A stretch of DNA of 49,192 nt from Nitrospiria bacterium (GTDB lineage: Bacteria > Nitrospirota > Nitrospiria > JACQBZ01), in contig CAKKOZ010000088.1 of assembly GCA_919901335.1 (NCBI GenBank), positions 34,291 to 83,482 of the forward strand. Reading direction: 5' to 3'. Below, piece after piece: positions 34,852 through 44,429 of the stretch (position 1 is the first letter of the stretch; each line of letters opens with the position of its first letter). The position numbers and the translations under genes are program-made. The notes under the pieces were generated by a model. The model saw nothing but the letters and a program-made list of their open reading frames with translations. It ran no database searches and was not told where the DNA came from.

Positions 34852-35036
34852 TGACGACAACCGTGAAGGGGAATGGCATGGCGGAACGTTCCGAGACTCT
34901 CTATATTAAGACAACCCACTGTGACCTGTGCGGCCGGAAACTTTGGAAGGGCTACTTCCTGATGGTGCCGGATGTCATCCAATCCATGCGGATCAAGGTC
35001 GTCTGCTGGCGGTGCAAATGGTTTGGGAAGAAATAG
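34851..35036 (+). CDS. Small zinc-ribbon-like protein (61 aa)
   Basis: CDLC...CWRC pairs. TAATG overlap with the upstream gene. No other support, and an alternative ATG exists at 34878. Confidence 0.4.
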   Translation: MTTTVKGNGMAERSETLYIKTTHCDLCGRKLWKGYFLMVPDVIQSMRIKVVCWRCKWFGKK

Positions 35037-35057
35037 GGGTGCCGCCTGCGGCGCCCC
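35036..35057 (-). terminator. GC-rich hairpin exactly filling the gap between convergent stop codons (likely the bioA terminator)
   Basis: GGGGTGCCG, a cctg loop, and CGGCGCCCC (one G-U pair). On the minus strand it is followed by TATTTCTT. Confidence 0.4.
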
Positions 35058-36454
35058 TACGTCTCCGTCACGGCCCGAATCGATTCCTCCAGGATCGAAA
35101 CCATCTTCTTTAGTTGCGGCAGGGTTACCGAGAGCGGCGGCAGGAGCGGCACGACGTTTCCGAGCGGCCGGAGGATCATCCCGCGTTTTAATGCCTCCTG
35201 GGCCGCCCGCCAGCCCCATCGTTCTTCCAGGGGATAAGGTTCTTTTGTCGTTCGATCTTTCACCAGTTCGACCGCTGCGATCAATCCGATTTGACGGACC
35301 TCGCCCACATGAGGATGGCCCTGAAGCGGTTTTAGAAATCGGGCCAGGGCTTCGATCTTCGGTCTGAGTTTTTCCAGCACGCGTTCCTTCTCGAAGATCT
35401 CAAGATTGGCCAGGGCCGCGGCGCAGCCGAGTTGATTTCCGGTATAACTGTGGCCGTGGAAGAAGGTCTTGAATTCCCGATACTCGCCCCGAAACGCATC
35501 ATAGATCTCCTGCGTTGCCAGGGTGGCGGCCAGCGGCATATATCCGCCGGTGAGGCCCTTTGCAACGGCCATCAGGTCCGGCGTGACCCTTTCATGCTCG
35601 CTTGCGAACATCGTTCCGGTGCGGCCGAAACCGGTGAAGACCTCGTCCGCGATTAAGAGAACGTGATATCGCGTGCAGAGATCGCGGATCTGTTTTAAGT
35701 AGCCCGGCGGCCAGGTCAACATCCCGGCCGCGCCCTGGATCATCGGTTCGATGACCACGGCCGCCGTCTCAGGGTGATGCTCGGACAAAATTGTTTCGAC
35801 CGCGTCGGCGCAGGCCAAGCGGCATTCCGGATAGGTCTTATTTAAAAAACAGCGATAGCAGTAGGGCGCGCCGACTTTAACCGTTGGGAACAGGAGCGGG
35901 GAGTAGAGACCGTGAAACAACTCGATCCCGCCGATGCTGACTGAGCCGATGGTATCGCCGTGATAGGCATTGACCAGCGATATGAATTTTGTCTTTCGGG
36001 GCTTACCGCGATGGCGCCAGTACTGGAACGCGATCTTGAGCGCCACCTCCATGGCGGTCGAGCCGTTGTCCGAAAAGAAGACTTTGGCCAGACCTTTCGG
36101 GGCCTTCGAAATCAGTTTCTTCGCGAGACGGATCGCCGGGACGTTGGTCAGGCCGAGAAGCGTGGAATGGGCGATCTTGTTCAGCTGGTTTTTTATCGCG
36201 CGGTCCAGCGCTGCCTTCCGGTGTCCATGCAGATTCACCCAGAGGGACGAGGCGCCGTCCAGATACCGCTTCCCGTCCATGTCGTATAGATAGACGCCCT
36301 TTCCGCGTTCAATGATCAGCGGCATTGCCTTTTCCCATTCGGCCATCTGAGTGAAGGGATGCCAGATATATCGCCGCGCATCCTCTTTGATGCTTCGGAT
36401 CCCGTCTGGATCGTTTGTTGTTTTTCGTTTCATGGGATTATCATTATACTTCAT
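35057..36454 (-). CDS. bioA: Adenosylmethionine-8-amino-7-oxononanoate aminotransferase (BioA)
   Basis: Class III aminotransferase. N-terminal IWHPFTQM, then [14 protein letters not shown] and the PLP-lysine context [15 protein letters not shown]. Confidence 0.85.
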   Translation of the reverse strand: MKYNDNPMKRKTTNDPDGIRSIKEDARRYIWHPFTQMAEWEKAMPLIIERGKGVYLYDMDGKRYLDGASSLWVNLHGHRKAALDRAIKNQLNKIAHSTLLGLTNVPAIRLAKKLISKAPKGLAKVFFSDNGSTAMEVALKIAFQYWRHRGKPRKTKFISLVNAYHGDTIGSVSIGGIELFHGLYSPLLFPTVKVGAPYCYRCFLNKTYPECRLACADAVETILSEHHPETAAVVIEPMIQGAAGMLTWPPGYLKQIRDLCTRYHVLLIADEVFTGFGRTGTMFASEHERVTPDLMAVAKGLTGGYMPLAATLATQEIYDAFRGEYREFKTFFHGHSYTGNQLGCAAALANLEIFEKERVLEKLRPKIEALARFLKPLQGHPHVGEVRQIGLIAAVELVKDRTTKEPYPLEERWGWRAAQEALKRGMILRPLGNVVPLLPPLSVTLPQLKKMVSILEESIRAVTET

Positions 36455-36497
36455 GATGCCAAACCAGTAAAGGGCTCCAATCCGCCGGTGATTCGTC

Positions 36498-36527
36498 TTG
36501 ACATCCCGGGCATTATTTTGTTATTTT
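36498..36527 (+). promoter_or_regulatory. Sigma-70-type promoter for glyQS
   Basis: TTGACA (36498-36503), an 18-nt spacer, and TATTTT (36522-36527) with an extended -10 TG at 36519-36520. Confidence 0.5.
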
Positions 36528-36589
36528 TACGTGCTTCTATTCGCAATTTTCTGATCGGTCATGGCCGACACACACGAAGAGACAAACGG

Positions 36590-37480
36590 TTGACTTTCCA
36601 AGAGATTATTTCGGCGCTGCAAGACTTCTGGTCCCGTCAGGGTTGTGTGATACACCAGCCTTACGACCTTGAGGTGGGCGCCGGTACATTCCATCCGGCG
36701 ACTTTCTTGCGAGTGCTCGGTCCGGAGCCGTGGAAGGCGGCCTATGTCCAGCCGACGCGCCGCCCCACGGACGGACGATATGGTGAAAACCCCAACCGTC
36801 TTCAACATTACTACCAGTTTCAAGTCATCCTCAAGCCCTCTCCGGAGGATATCCAGGATCGCTACCTGGACAGCCTGAAAGGACTCGGCATGGACGGCCG
36901 GGTCCATGACATTCGGTTCGTCGAGGACGACTGGGAGTCGCCCACCCTTGGAGCCTGGGGTCTGGGCTGGGAGGTGCGGCTCAACGGGATGGAGATCACG
37001 CAGTTCACCTATTTCCAGGAAGTCGGGGGCATCGAGCTTTCACCCGTTTCGGTCGAACTGACCTACGGCCTGGAACGACTTGCGATGTATCTTCAGGGGG
37101 TTGACAGCGTCTTTGATCTGAAATGGAGTGACACCGTGACCTACGGCGACGTTCATCATCAGACCGAGATCCAGTTCTCAAAACACAATTTTGAACGGAC
37201 CGATCCCAAAGCCCTCCGGGAGATCTTTAATCTCTATGAAACTCAATGCCGTGAACTTATAAAAATGGACCTGCCTCTCCCGGCCTATGATGACTGCATC
37301 AAGACCTCTCATCTCTTCAACCTCCTTGACGCGCGCGGCGCCATCAGCGTCGCGGAGCGGGCCGGAATGATCCTGCGCGTCCGCCATCTGGCCAAACAGT
37401 GCGCCGAGGCCTACTGCAAAAACCGCGAGAACCTGGGCCATCCGCTCCTGCGAAGCAGGAAAGCGCGGACGAGGTCATGA
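36590..37480 (+). CDS. glyQ: Glycine--tRNA ligase alpha subunit
   Basis: [40 protein letters not shown] follows directly after an in-frame TTG at 36590. The ORF-track start at 36359 would add 77 non-homologous residues and overlap bioA. Confidence 0.88.
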   Translation: MTFQEIISALQDFWSRQGCVIHQPYDLEVGAGTFHPATFLRVLGPEPWKAAYVQPTRRPTDGRYGENPNRLQHYYQFQVILKPSPEDIQDRYLDSLKGLGMDGRVHDIRFVEDDWESPTLGAWGLGWEVRLNGMEITQFTYFQEVGGIELSPVSVELTYGLERLAMYLQGVDSVFDLKWSDTVTYGDVHHQTEIQFSKHNFERTDPKALREIFNLYETQCRELIKMDLPLPAYDDCIKTSHLFNLLDARGAISVAERAGMILRVRHLAKQCAEAYCKNRENLGHPLLRSRKARTRS

Positions 37481-39624
37481 AAAAATCCACGAGAGCGGGA
37501 GGCGAGCTGTTGCTCGAAATCGGAACGGAAGAAATTCCATCACGAATCCTTCCCCAGGCGCTGATCGATTTGAAGGAAAAGGCCGGCCGCATCTTTTCGG
37601 AGGCCCGGATTCCGGCTGAACGGATTGAGACCTTCGCCACGCCGAGGCGCCTCGTGATCTTGGCGACGGGCATTCCGCAAAAGCAGTCGGCGCTCGTGAC
37701 CGAGGTGACCGGCCCGCCGAAGTCGGCCGCTTACGACCTCGAAGGGAAGCCGACCGCGGCCGCGACCGGCTTCGCGAAGGCCCAGGGTGTTCCGGTCGAA
37801 AGCCTGACGATCAAAAAAACCGAGAAGGGAGACTACGTCTGCGCCGTCCGGAAGCAACCGAGCGTTCCGGCGGTTCGTATTCTTAAAGATTTACTTCCAG
37901 AATTAGTCTTATCAGTTGGATTTAAAAAGATGATGCGGTGGAACGGTGAGGGCATACGATTCGCCAGGCCGATCCGCTGGATCGTTGCCGTGCTGAACGG
38001 CCGGGTGGTGCCGTTCCGGTTGGCCGGGCTGTCGAGCGGCAATCGTTCTCGCGGACATCGCTTTATGGCGAGCCGGCCTTTTACGGTGAAAAGTTGGGAC
38101 GGTTATCTCAAAAGCCTCCGGCGGCATCATGTGATCCTGGACCCGGCCGAACGAGAACGGATGATTACGGATGGACTTCTCCGGTACGCGAAGGAGAAGA
38201 GAGGCAGTCTCAAAGTAGATGCCGATCTTCTCTCTCAGGCTGTTTTTCTGACCGAGGAACCGGTCGTAATGATGGGCGGTTTTGATGCAAAATATCTCGC
38301 GCTTCCGCCCGAGGTCCCGATGACCGTGATGAAGGAGCATCAGGGATACTTTCCGCTCCTGAAGCCGGCAATGGATAAATCGTTGCTGCCCCATTTTCTT
38401 TTCGTGAGCAACGTCAAAACAAGACATCCGGACCTGATCCGGTCCGGCAATGAGCGCGTCCTTCGAGCCCGGCTGGAAGACGCCCGGTTCTATTTCGAGC
38501 AGGACAGGAAACAAACATTGAAAGAACGGACGGGTCAGCTCAAGGGGCTTGTCTTTCACGAAAAACTCGGCAGCGTCTTCACGAAGATGGAGCGCGTCCA
38601 AAAACTGGCCGCGACATTGGCGCGTGAATCGGGAAGGGGCGAACAGGAAGTAGGCCGCCTTGAACAGGCGGCATTTTTGTGCAAATCGGACCTTCTTACC
38701 GGGATGGTTCGGGAGTTTCCCGGTCTTCAGGGGGTCATCGGACGTGAATATGCAAAGCTGGAGGGAGAGGATTCCGAGGTGGCCGATGCGATCTCGGAGC
38801 ATTACTTTCCGCGATCTGCGGACGATCCGCATCCGCCCAGGACGATCACCGGGAAATATTTGACCGTGGCCGACCGACTGGACACGCTCGTCGGTTTCTT
38901 TGGCGCGGATCTGGCCCCAAGCGGCTCAGTGGATCCGTACGCCTTGCGGCGGCAAGGTCTTGGCCTGGTTCAGGTTCTTTTGGACAAGGCCTTCGAAGGT
39001 CTTTCATTACGAAGGGCGATCGAGTCGGCCGTAAGACTTTATTCCGACCGGGGTGTTTCACTCAAGAAAGATCTCAGTGCAATCGATGCCTCGCTTCGTC
39101 CGTTCTTGACCCAGCGAATGGAAACATACCTGGAGCGCCGGTTTCAAGACATACACGGAGGTTATCGCGTGGACCTTGTGGATGTGGTGTTGTGCCGTTC
39201 CTTTGACAACCTGCTGGACCCCTACCTGCGATTGGTCGCATTGATGTCGTTTCAGAAACAACCGGATTTTGATCCCCTGATCGTAGTCTTCAAGCGGGCC
39301 TCGCGGATCCTGCCGCCTGATTTTAAGGGGACCGTCCGTCCGGAGGCGTTTAAAGAAACGGCGGAGAAAGAATTATATCGAAATTATATCGACGTTGAAA
39401 AACAGGTAAGCGATGATATGCAGAAGCGGAATTACAGTGAGGCGCTGTGGGCGTTGTCGCTGCTCCGTCGGCCGATCGATGCGTTTTTTAACGGTGTCAT
39501 GGTCATGGATGAGGATCGCGCGGTCCGGGAAAACCGCTTGGCTTTATTGCAGGGGATTACAAAGCTCTTTACGGCATTCGGTGATTTTACGCGGGTCGCG
39601 GTGGAAGAAAAAAATAAGCAGTAG
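37477..39624 (+). CDS. glyS: Glycine--tRNA ligase beta subunit
   Basis: The ATG at 37477 overlaps the glyQ stop (ATGA). The N-terminal [12 protein letters not shown] is typical of GlyS. 715 aa. Confidence 0.88.
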   Translation: MKKSTRAGGELLLEIGTEEIPSRILPQALIDLKEKAGRIFSEARIPAERIETFATPRRLVILATGIPQKQSALVTEVTGPPKSAAYDLEGKPTAAATGFAKAQGVPVESLTIKKTEKGDYVCAVRKQPSVPAVRILKDLLPELVLSVGFKKMMRWNGEGIRFARPIRWIVAVLNGRVVPFRLAGLSSGNRSRGHRFMASRPFTVKSWDGYLKSLRRHHVILDPAERERMITDGLLRYAKEKRGSLKVDADLLSQAVFLTEEPVVMMGGFDAKYLALPPEVPMTVMKEHQGYFPLLKPAMDKSLLPHFLFVSNVKTRHPDLIRSGNERVLRARLEDARFYFEQDRKQTLKERTGQLKGLVFHEKLGSVFTKMERVQKLAATLARESGRGEQEVGRLEQAAFLCKSDLLTGMVREFPGLQGVIGREYAKLEGEDSEVADAISEHYFPRSADDPHPPRTITGKYLTVADRLDTLVGFFGADLAPSGSVDPYALRRQGLGLVQVLLDKAFEGLSLRRAIESAVRLYSDRGVSLKKDLSAIDASLRPFLTQRMETYLERRFQDIHGGYRVDLVDVVLCRSFDNLLDPYLRLVALMSFQKQPDFDPLIVVFKRASRILPPDFKGTVRPEAFKETAEKELYRNYIDVEKQVSDDMQKRNYSEALWALSLLRRPIDAFFNGVMVMDEDRAVRENRLALLQGITKLFTAFGDFTRVAVEEKNKQ

Positions 39625-39635
39625 ACGGGGTCCCA

Positions 39636-40106
39636 ATGGACGACCTCGAACGGCAGATGGAGTTGAGAATATACGCCCGCCGGATGACGTGGGGGCTTGT
39701 GTTTATCATCGGGCTCTTGTTCATCGGCGGACTGCGGCTCGCCGGCGTGGATCTCGATGCGATGGAATCCCGGGGAAGGTATTTCAAGCCGGATCGGCAT
39801 ATTTGTCTTAAGACGGGCTGGTTGGAAACGACCGTGGGTGACAAGGACCGCGCCCCGTTCTGCATGGAATGGATTGATCCGAGCGATACAAGCGGCAACA
39901 CGCATCCATTGATCCAGACCGATCTGGTGATCGTCAAAGACAATGGTGGAAAGATTCGTGCACAGCACAGGCGAGGGGTGAACTATCCGTTGATTGGGAC
40001 GATCCTCTTTCTGGCGATTCTAATCGTGATCGGAAAGCAGGTTCAAAAACGGTTGATCGAGAAACGGCGGATTCGACTGGGCCTGACGGGAACGACAGGA
40101 GAATAA
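39636..40106 (+). CDS. Hypothetical two-TM membrane protein
   Basis: 156 aa with TM segments WGLVFIIGLLFIGGL and LIGTILFLAILIVIG flanking a loop of about 75 aa with two Cys. It is packed between glyS (11-nt gap) and ppdK (3-nt gap). Confidence 0.45.
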   Translation: MDDLERQMELRIYARRMTWGLVFIIGLLFIGGLRLAGVDLDAMESRGRYFKPDRHICLKTGWLETTVGDKDRAPFCMEWIDPSDTSGNTHPLIQTDLVIVKDNGGKIRAQHRRGVNYPLIGTILFLAILIVIGKQVQKRLIEKRRIRLGLTGTTGE

Positions 40107-40109
40107 TCT

Positions 40110-42911
40110 GTGAAACAGAAAAAATATGTCTACTCTTTCGGCGGCGGCCAGGCCGAGGGTCGGGGAAGCATGAAAGATCTTCTCGGAGGCAAAGGCGCCG
40201 GCCTGGCCGAGATGACGCGATTGGGGATTCCGGTCCCGGCCGGCTTTACGATCACCACGCAGGCCTGCCTTGAATATTTTGATAACGGAAAACGGTTCCC
40301 GAAGGGGATGTGGGAGCAAGCCCTCCGCGATCTCAAAAGAGTAGAGCAGGGGATGGGGATGGCCTTCGGTGATTCCGAGCGGCCGCTGCTGATTTCGGTA
40401 CGGTCGGGGGCCAAGGCCTCGATGCCTGGAATGATGGACACCGTGCTCAACCTGGGATTAAACGAGCCGACGATGAAGGGCATCATCCGGAAAACCGGGA
40501 ATGAACGGTTCGCCTACGATGCCTATCGCCGCTTCATCACGATGTTCGGCGGCATCGTGATGAAGATAAATCGTGAGCGGTTCGAGCATCTTCTGGACGA
40601 AGAGAAGAGACGGAAACGGGTCAAGCTGGACACCGATCTGGGCGCCGACGCGATGAAATCCCTCGTCGGTCAGTACAAAAAACTGGTGAAACAGGAGACC
40701 GGCCGCGAGTTTCCGGAAGATCCGTACGAACAGCTCCGGATGGCGATCAACGCCGTTTTTAATTCCTGGTTCGGGGCCCGCGCCGTGACCTATCGCCGGA
40801 TCCATGGGATCCCGGACGGCTGGGGCACCGCGGTGAATGTCGTGGCGATGGTTTTCGGGAACATGGGCGACACCAGCGGAACCGGTGTGGCATTCACACG
40901 GAACCCATCGAACGGAGAGCGGCGAGTCTTCGGCGAATGCCTGATGAATGCCCAGGGAGAGGACGTCGTGGCCGGGATCCGGACGCCGCTGCCGATCGAG
41001 GCGCTGGCAAAAACAGTGCCGTCGGCCTATCGGGAACTTCTGCGCGTCTTCAGAAAGCTGGAACGTCATTACCGGGACATGCTGGATCTGGAATTCACGA
41101 TTCAGGAGGGGAAGCTCTATATGCTCCAGACCCGCGTGGGAAAACGCACCGGGCTGGCGGCCGTCAGGATCGCGGTGGACATGGTCAAGGAGAAATTGAT
41201 CACGAAGCAAGAGGCGATCCTTCGCGTCTCGCCGGATCAGATTGCACAGTACCTTTATCCGATTTTTGATTCAAAAGCGGAGTCGGCGGCCCGTTCGGTT
41301 GGAAAGGGACTGCCGGCCGGTCCGGGCGCGGCGGCCGGAAAAATCGCGTTGACGCCGGACAAGGCGATGGCGATGCGCGCGAGCGGTGAGCGCGTGATCC
41401 TGGTCCGGCGCGAGACCAGCCCGGATGATATTCACGGCATGGATGCGGCCTTGGGTTTTCTAACGGCGAAAGGCGGGATGACCTCGCATGCGGCCGTCGT
41501 GGCGCGGCAGATGGGCAAGGTCTGCGTGGCGGGTTGCGAGGCGGTCGAGGTGAATGAAGGAAAGTCCACCGTGAAGATCGGGCCGGCGACGCTGAAAGAG
41601 GGCGACTATCTTTCGATCAACGGTTTTACCGGGCGGGTCTACGCGCAGGATATTCCCGTCGTCTCGTCCGAGGTGACACAGGTCATCCAGGGAAAAATGA
41701 AGCCGAATCAGTCCGAGAAGTACCGCTATTTCTCAATTCTTCTAAACTGGGCCGATCAGATCCGGCATCTCCGCATCCGGGCCAACGCCGATATCCCGGA
41801 TCAGGCCATCATCGCACGGGGGTTCGGCGCCGAAGGGATCGGGCTGTGCCGCACGGAGCATATGTTCTTTGCGGAGGACCGCATCCCGATCATGCAGAAG
41901 ATGATCCTGGCACGGACCCGCGAGGATCGGGAGCAGTATCTGGACAAGCTTCTTCCGTTGCAGAAGAGCGATTTTCTCGGTCTGTACCGCGAGATGCAGG
42001 GATATCCCGTCACGATCCGTCTGCTGGATCCGCCGCTGCACGAGTTTCTGCCCAAGCGCGAGGAGTTGATGGTCGAGATCGCCCGGCTGGAAGTCTCGAA
42101 CGGCGATCAGACATTGCTGCAGGAAAAACGAAAGCTCCTGGCCCGTGTCGAGGAGCTGCACGAATTTAATCCGATGCTGGGCCTGCGTGGATGCCGGCTG
42201 GGGATCACGATGCCCGAGATCACACAGATGCAGGTCCGCGCCATCATGGAGGCGGCCTGCGAGATCGCGCGCGAGGGGAAAAAGATCGTGCCGGAAATCA
42301 TGGTCCCGCTGGTCGGGATGCTGACCGAGATGAAGGCCCAGAAGGACCTGGTCCGGAAGACCGCGGACGAGGTGATCAAGCAGTACGGCGTCAAGCTCAA
42401 ATACCTCGTCGGCACGATGATCGAGCTGCCCCGGGCGGCCGTGACGGCCGGCGAGATCGCGAAGGAGGCCGAGTTCTTCTCGTTCGGGACGAACGACCTG
42501 ACCCAGACGACCTTCGGATTTTCGCGCGACGACGCGGCCAAGTTCATCCAGTTCTACATGACGACGGCCGACCTCTGCCCGAACTGCCACGGTTCCGATG
42601 TGGACAAGAAAACGAACACCTGTCGCACCTGCGGATTCGTCATCACGGAGCAACCGGCCAACATCATCGGATTCGATCCGTTCGCCACCCTCGATCAGGA
42701 AGGCGTGGGCGGTCTGATGCGACAGGCGGTTCGGGCCGGCCGGAAGGCACGCCGGGAGATCAAGCTCGGCATTTGCGGCGAGCACGGCGGTGATCCGGCC
42801 TCGATCGAGTTCTGCCACCGGATCGGGCTGGACTACGTCAGCTGCTCGCCCTACCGCGTCCCGATCGCGCGCCTCGCCGCCGCGCATGCGGTGTTGAAGA
42901 ACAAAAAATAA
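40110..42911 (+). CDS. ppdK: Pyruvate, phosphate dikinase
   Basis: GTG start. GGKGAGLAEMTRLGIPVPAGFTITT is present. The catalytic His region is GGMTSHAAVVARQMG. FGTNDLTQTTFGFSRDD, GICGEHGGDP and SCSPYRVPIARLAAA are also present. Confidence 0.9.
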   Translation: MKQKKYVYSFGGGQAEGRGSMKDLLGGKGAGLAEMTRLGIPVPAGFTITTQACLEYFDNGKRFPKGMWEQALRDLKRVEQGMGMAFGDSERPLLISVRSGAKASMPGMMDTVLNLGLNEPTMKGIIRKTGNERFAYDAYRRFITMFGGIVMKINRERFEHLLDEEKRRKRVKLDTDLGADAMKSLVGQYKKLVKQETGREFPEDPYEQLRMAINAVFNSWFGARAVTYRRIHGIPDGWGTAVNVVAMVFGNMGDTSGTGVAFTRNPSNGERRVFGECLMNAQGEDVVAGIRTPLPIEALAKTVPSAYRELLRVFRKLERHYRDMLDLEFTIQEGKLYMLQTRVGKRTGLAAVRIAVDMVKEKLITKQEAILRVSPDQIAQYLYPIFDSKAESAARSVGKGLPAGPGAAAGKIALTPDKAMAMRASGERVILVRRETSPDDIHGMDAALGFLTAKGGMTSHAAVVARQMGKVCVAGCEAVEVNEGKSTVKIGPATLKEGDYLSINGFTGRVYAQDIPVVSSEVTQVIQGKMKPNQSEKYRYFSILLNWADQIRHLRIRANADIPDQAIIARGFGAEGIGLCRTEHMFFAEDRIPIMQKMILARTREDREQYLDKLLPLQKSDFLGLYREMQGYPVTIRLLDPPLHEFLPKREELMVEIARLEVSNGDQTLLQEKRKLLARVEELHEFNPMLGLRGCRLGITMPEITQMQVRAIMEAACEIAREGKKIVPEIMVPLVGMLTEMKAQKDLVRKTADEVIKQYGVKLKYLVGTMIELPRAAVTAGEIAKEAEFFSFGTNDLTQTTFGFSRDDAAKFIQFYMTTADLCPNCHGSDVDKKTNTCRTCGFVITEQPANIIGFDPFATLDQEGVGGLMRQAVRAGRKARREIKLGICGEHGGDPASIEFCHRIGLDYVSCSPYRVPIARLAAAHAVLKNKK

Positions 42912-42942
42912 AAAACCGGGAAAGATGTCTAAAGAGACCTGA

Positions 42943-43674
42943 GTGAAACCGAGAGACCGCAGTTCTGAGTGGTTTGTGCCCCGATGGGGACCCCTTAAAT
43001 TCAGGATCTTTGTCGGTCTCCTTTTCCTCCCTTATACCGGGATGGTTCTTTCCTTCACCGTGATCGGCTCGATGCTGGCCGATACCATCCACTGGGATCG
43101 TGTCGTGGCCGCGTTAGTCGTCTACTTTTCAGGCTTAGGGATCGCGGCTCACGCTCTCGACGCCCTCGGAAGTAAAAAGATCAAACCCTGGGGTGAACAT
43201 TTTACTCGAACGCAGTTATGGACGATGGCCATGGGGGCTCTGGCGGTCGCCTATGCGGTTGCGATCTACTATATCCTTACCCGCGACATTCATCTCCTGT
43301 GGATCCTCGCCCTCCTCGAAGGCTTTTTTGTCTTTGCCTACAACCTCGAATGGTTTAACGGGAAATTTCACACCGATGGCTGGTTTTCTTTCTCCTGGGG
43401 AATGCTGCCGGTGCTGGCGGGCTATATCATCCAGACCAACCAGATCTCCCTCTCTGCGATGATCATGGCTGGTGCGATGGGGTTGTTGAGCTATGTGGAA
43501 ATTTCGGCCTCGCGGCCCTATAAAGAACTGAAGCGGCGGCTTCACCAGGGGGAGGGCGCGGCGGCCGATCTGCCGGTCGAGCATCTGAATCAGTACGAAA
43601 AGATCCTCAAGGCGATCAGTTTCGGCGTGATTCTCCTGGGCCTCGGTCTGTGGATCTCACGTTTCTGGCCGTAA
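42943..43674 (+). CDS. Hypothetical polytopic membrane protein
   Basis: 243 aa with about 7 hydrophobic segments. GTG start. I recognise no motif. The 3' end overlaps the convergent methyltransferase gene by 59 nt. Confidence 0.45.
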   Translation: MKPRDRSSEWFVPRWGPLKFRIFVGLLFLPYTGMVLSFTVIGSMLADTIHWDRVVAALVVYFSGLGIAAHALDALGSKKIKPWGEHFTRTQLWTMAMGALAVAYAVAIYYILTRDIHLLWILALLEGFFVFAYNLEWFNGKFHTDGWFSFSWGMLPVLAGYIIQTNQISLSAMIMAGAMGLLSYVEISASRPYKELKRRLHQGEGAAADLPVEHLNQYEKILKAISFGVILLGLGLWISRFWP

Positions 43675-44386
43675 CGATGGCGGCGGAGCCGACGATCAGG
43701 CGTTCCACGGTGATATGGGTAAAGCCTGACTCTCTCAGCAAGGCGATAAGGTCGGGGAGCCAGGTGGTGTTTCGGACCACCTCGGGAAGTTCGTGGAAGA
43801 TCGTACGCCAGTTGGGATACATTCGACTTCCAACCGTCCGGAGCAGCTTAAAGTAAAATTCCCACAGAGAAGCGACAAATCGGTTTGAGGGATAAGTGAA
43901 GTCATGCATCACCAGAACGCCATTCTCCTTGAGCAGCCTTTTCATGTTTTGGGCGAGTGTCTTGAGATCGGCATATTTGGGCAGGTAGGAGGCCGTGATG
44001 CAATCAAACGGTTCGTCAAAAAACGCCTCTTCAGCCCGCCGGTGGACGAACTCAGCATTAGCGACCTTTCCTCTTTCGGCCTTTTCCCGTGCGATGTCGA
44101 GATACTCCTCTGTTATATCCACCCCGATCACACGACCCTGGGGGAAGCGTCTGGCAATCGCGAGCGTGACGATTCCGGTTCCGCAGGCCAGGTCGAGCAC
44201 CCTCCTCGAATCCGACGGGACCCTGGCCAGGATCTTTTTCTTCCAGACCGGATCACACCCGAACGTTCCCACCTTGACCATGACGTCATAGGTGGCCCCC
44301 GTTCTCCGGAACAGACGCTGAACCAGTTCTTGTCGTGGATCCGTCATAGGTTTTCTTACGATAGATGCCTTTTGGGATGTTGTCAA
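43616..44386 (-). CDS. Class I SAM-dependent methyltransferase (UbiE/MenG-like)
   Basis: YDVMVKV....D..WKKK, then VLDLACGTGIVTL, then GVLVMHDFTYP. This follows the UbiE/COQ5 family pattern. Confidence 0.7.
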   Translation of the reverse strand: MTTSQKASIVRKPMTDPRQELVQRLFRRTGATYDVMVKVGTFGCDPVWKKKILARVPSDSRRVLDLACGTGIVTLAIARRFPQGRVIGVDITEEYLDIAREKAERGKVANAEFVHRRAEEAFFDEPFDCITASYLPKYADLKTLAQNMKRLLKENGVLVMHDFTYPSNRFVASLWEFYFKLLRTVGSRMYPNWRTIFHELPEVVRNTTWLPDLIALLRESGFTHITVERLIVGSAAIVTARNVRSTDRGPGESRRN

Positions 44387-44391
44387 GCGGC

Positions 44392-44421
44392 TTGACTCTT
44401 TTCGGTCTTTCCCTTTATAAC
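44392..44421 (+). promoter_or_regulatory. Sigma-70-type promoter for ribD
   Basis: TTGACT (44392-44397), an 18-nt spacer, and TATAAC (44416-44421). It lies in the 43-nt divergent gap, only about 9 nt before the first ATG. Confidence 0.4.
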
Positions 44422-44429
44422 AAGGGCGG

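Noticed and set aside
36359-36589. Long N-terminal extensions offered by the ORF track (glyQ from 36359, glyS from 37399, gspG from 2381, the GT from 28124, ribE from 47742, the tandem GT2 from 21792)
   Set aside because: In each case the conserved protein N-terminus begins at a later in-frame start. That later start also gives a stop/start overlap or respects the upstream gene or promoter. The extensions would overlap neighbouring genes and add non-homologous residues.
37912-38832. 306-aa minus-strand ORF
   Set aside because: It is antisense to glyS, which is identified by its conserved N-terminus and by coupling to glyQ. The same reasoning applies to 18316..19014, 44415..45158, 45776..46366 and 47940..48419.
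41742-42887. 381-aa ORF on the minus strand
   Set aside because: It is antisense to the most conserved part of ppdK. Its composition (Arg/Asp/Leu/Gly-rich) has no motif. Shadow ORF.
44387-44429. Expected FMN (RFN) riboswitch upstream of ribD
   Set aside because: Only 43 nt separate the divergent methyltransferase start from ribD. No RFN-like conserved core is visible, and the space is far too short.
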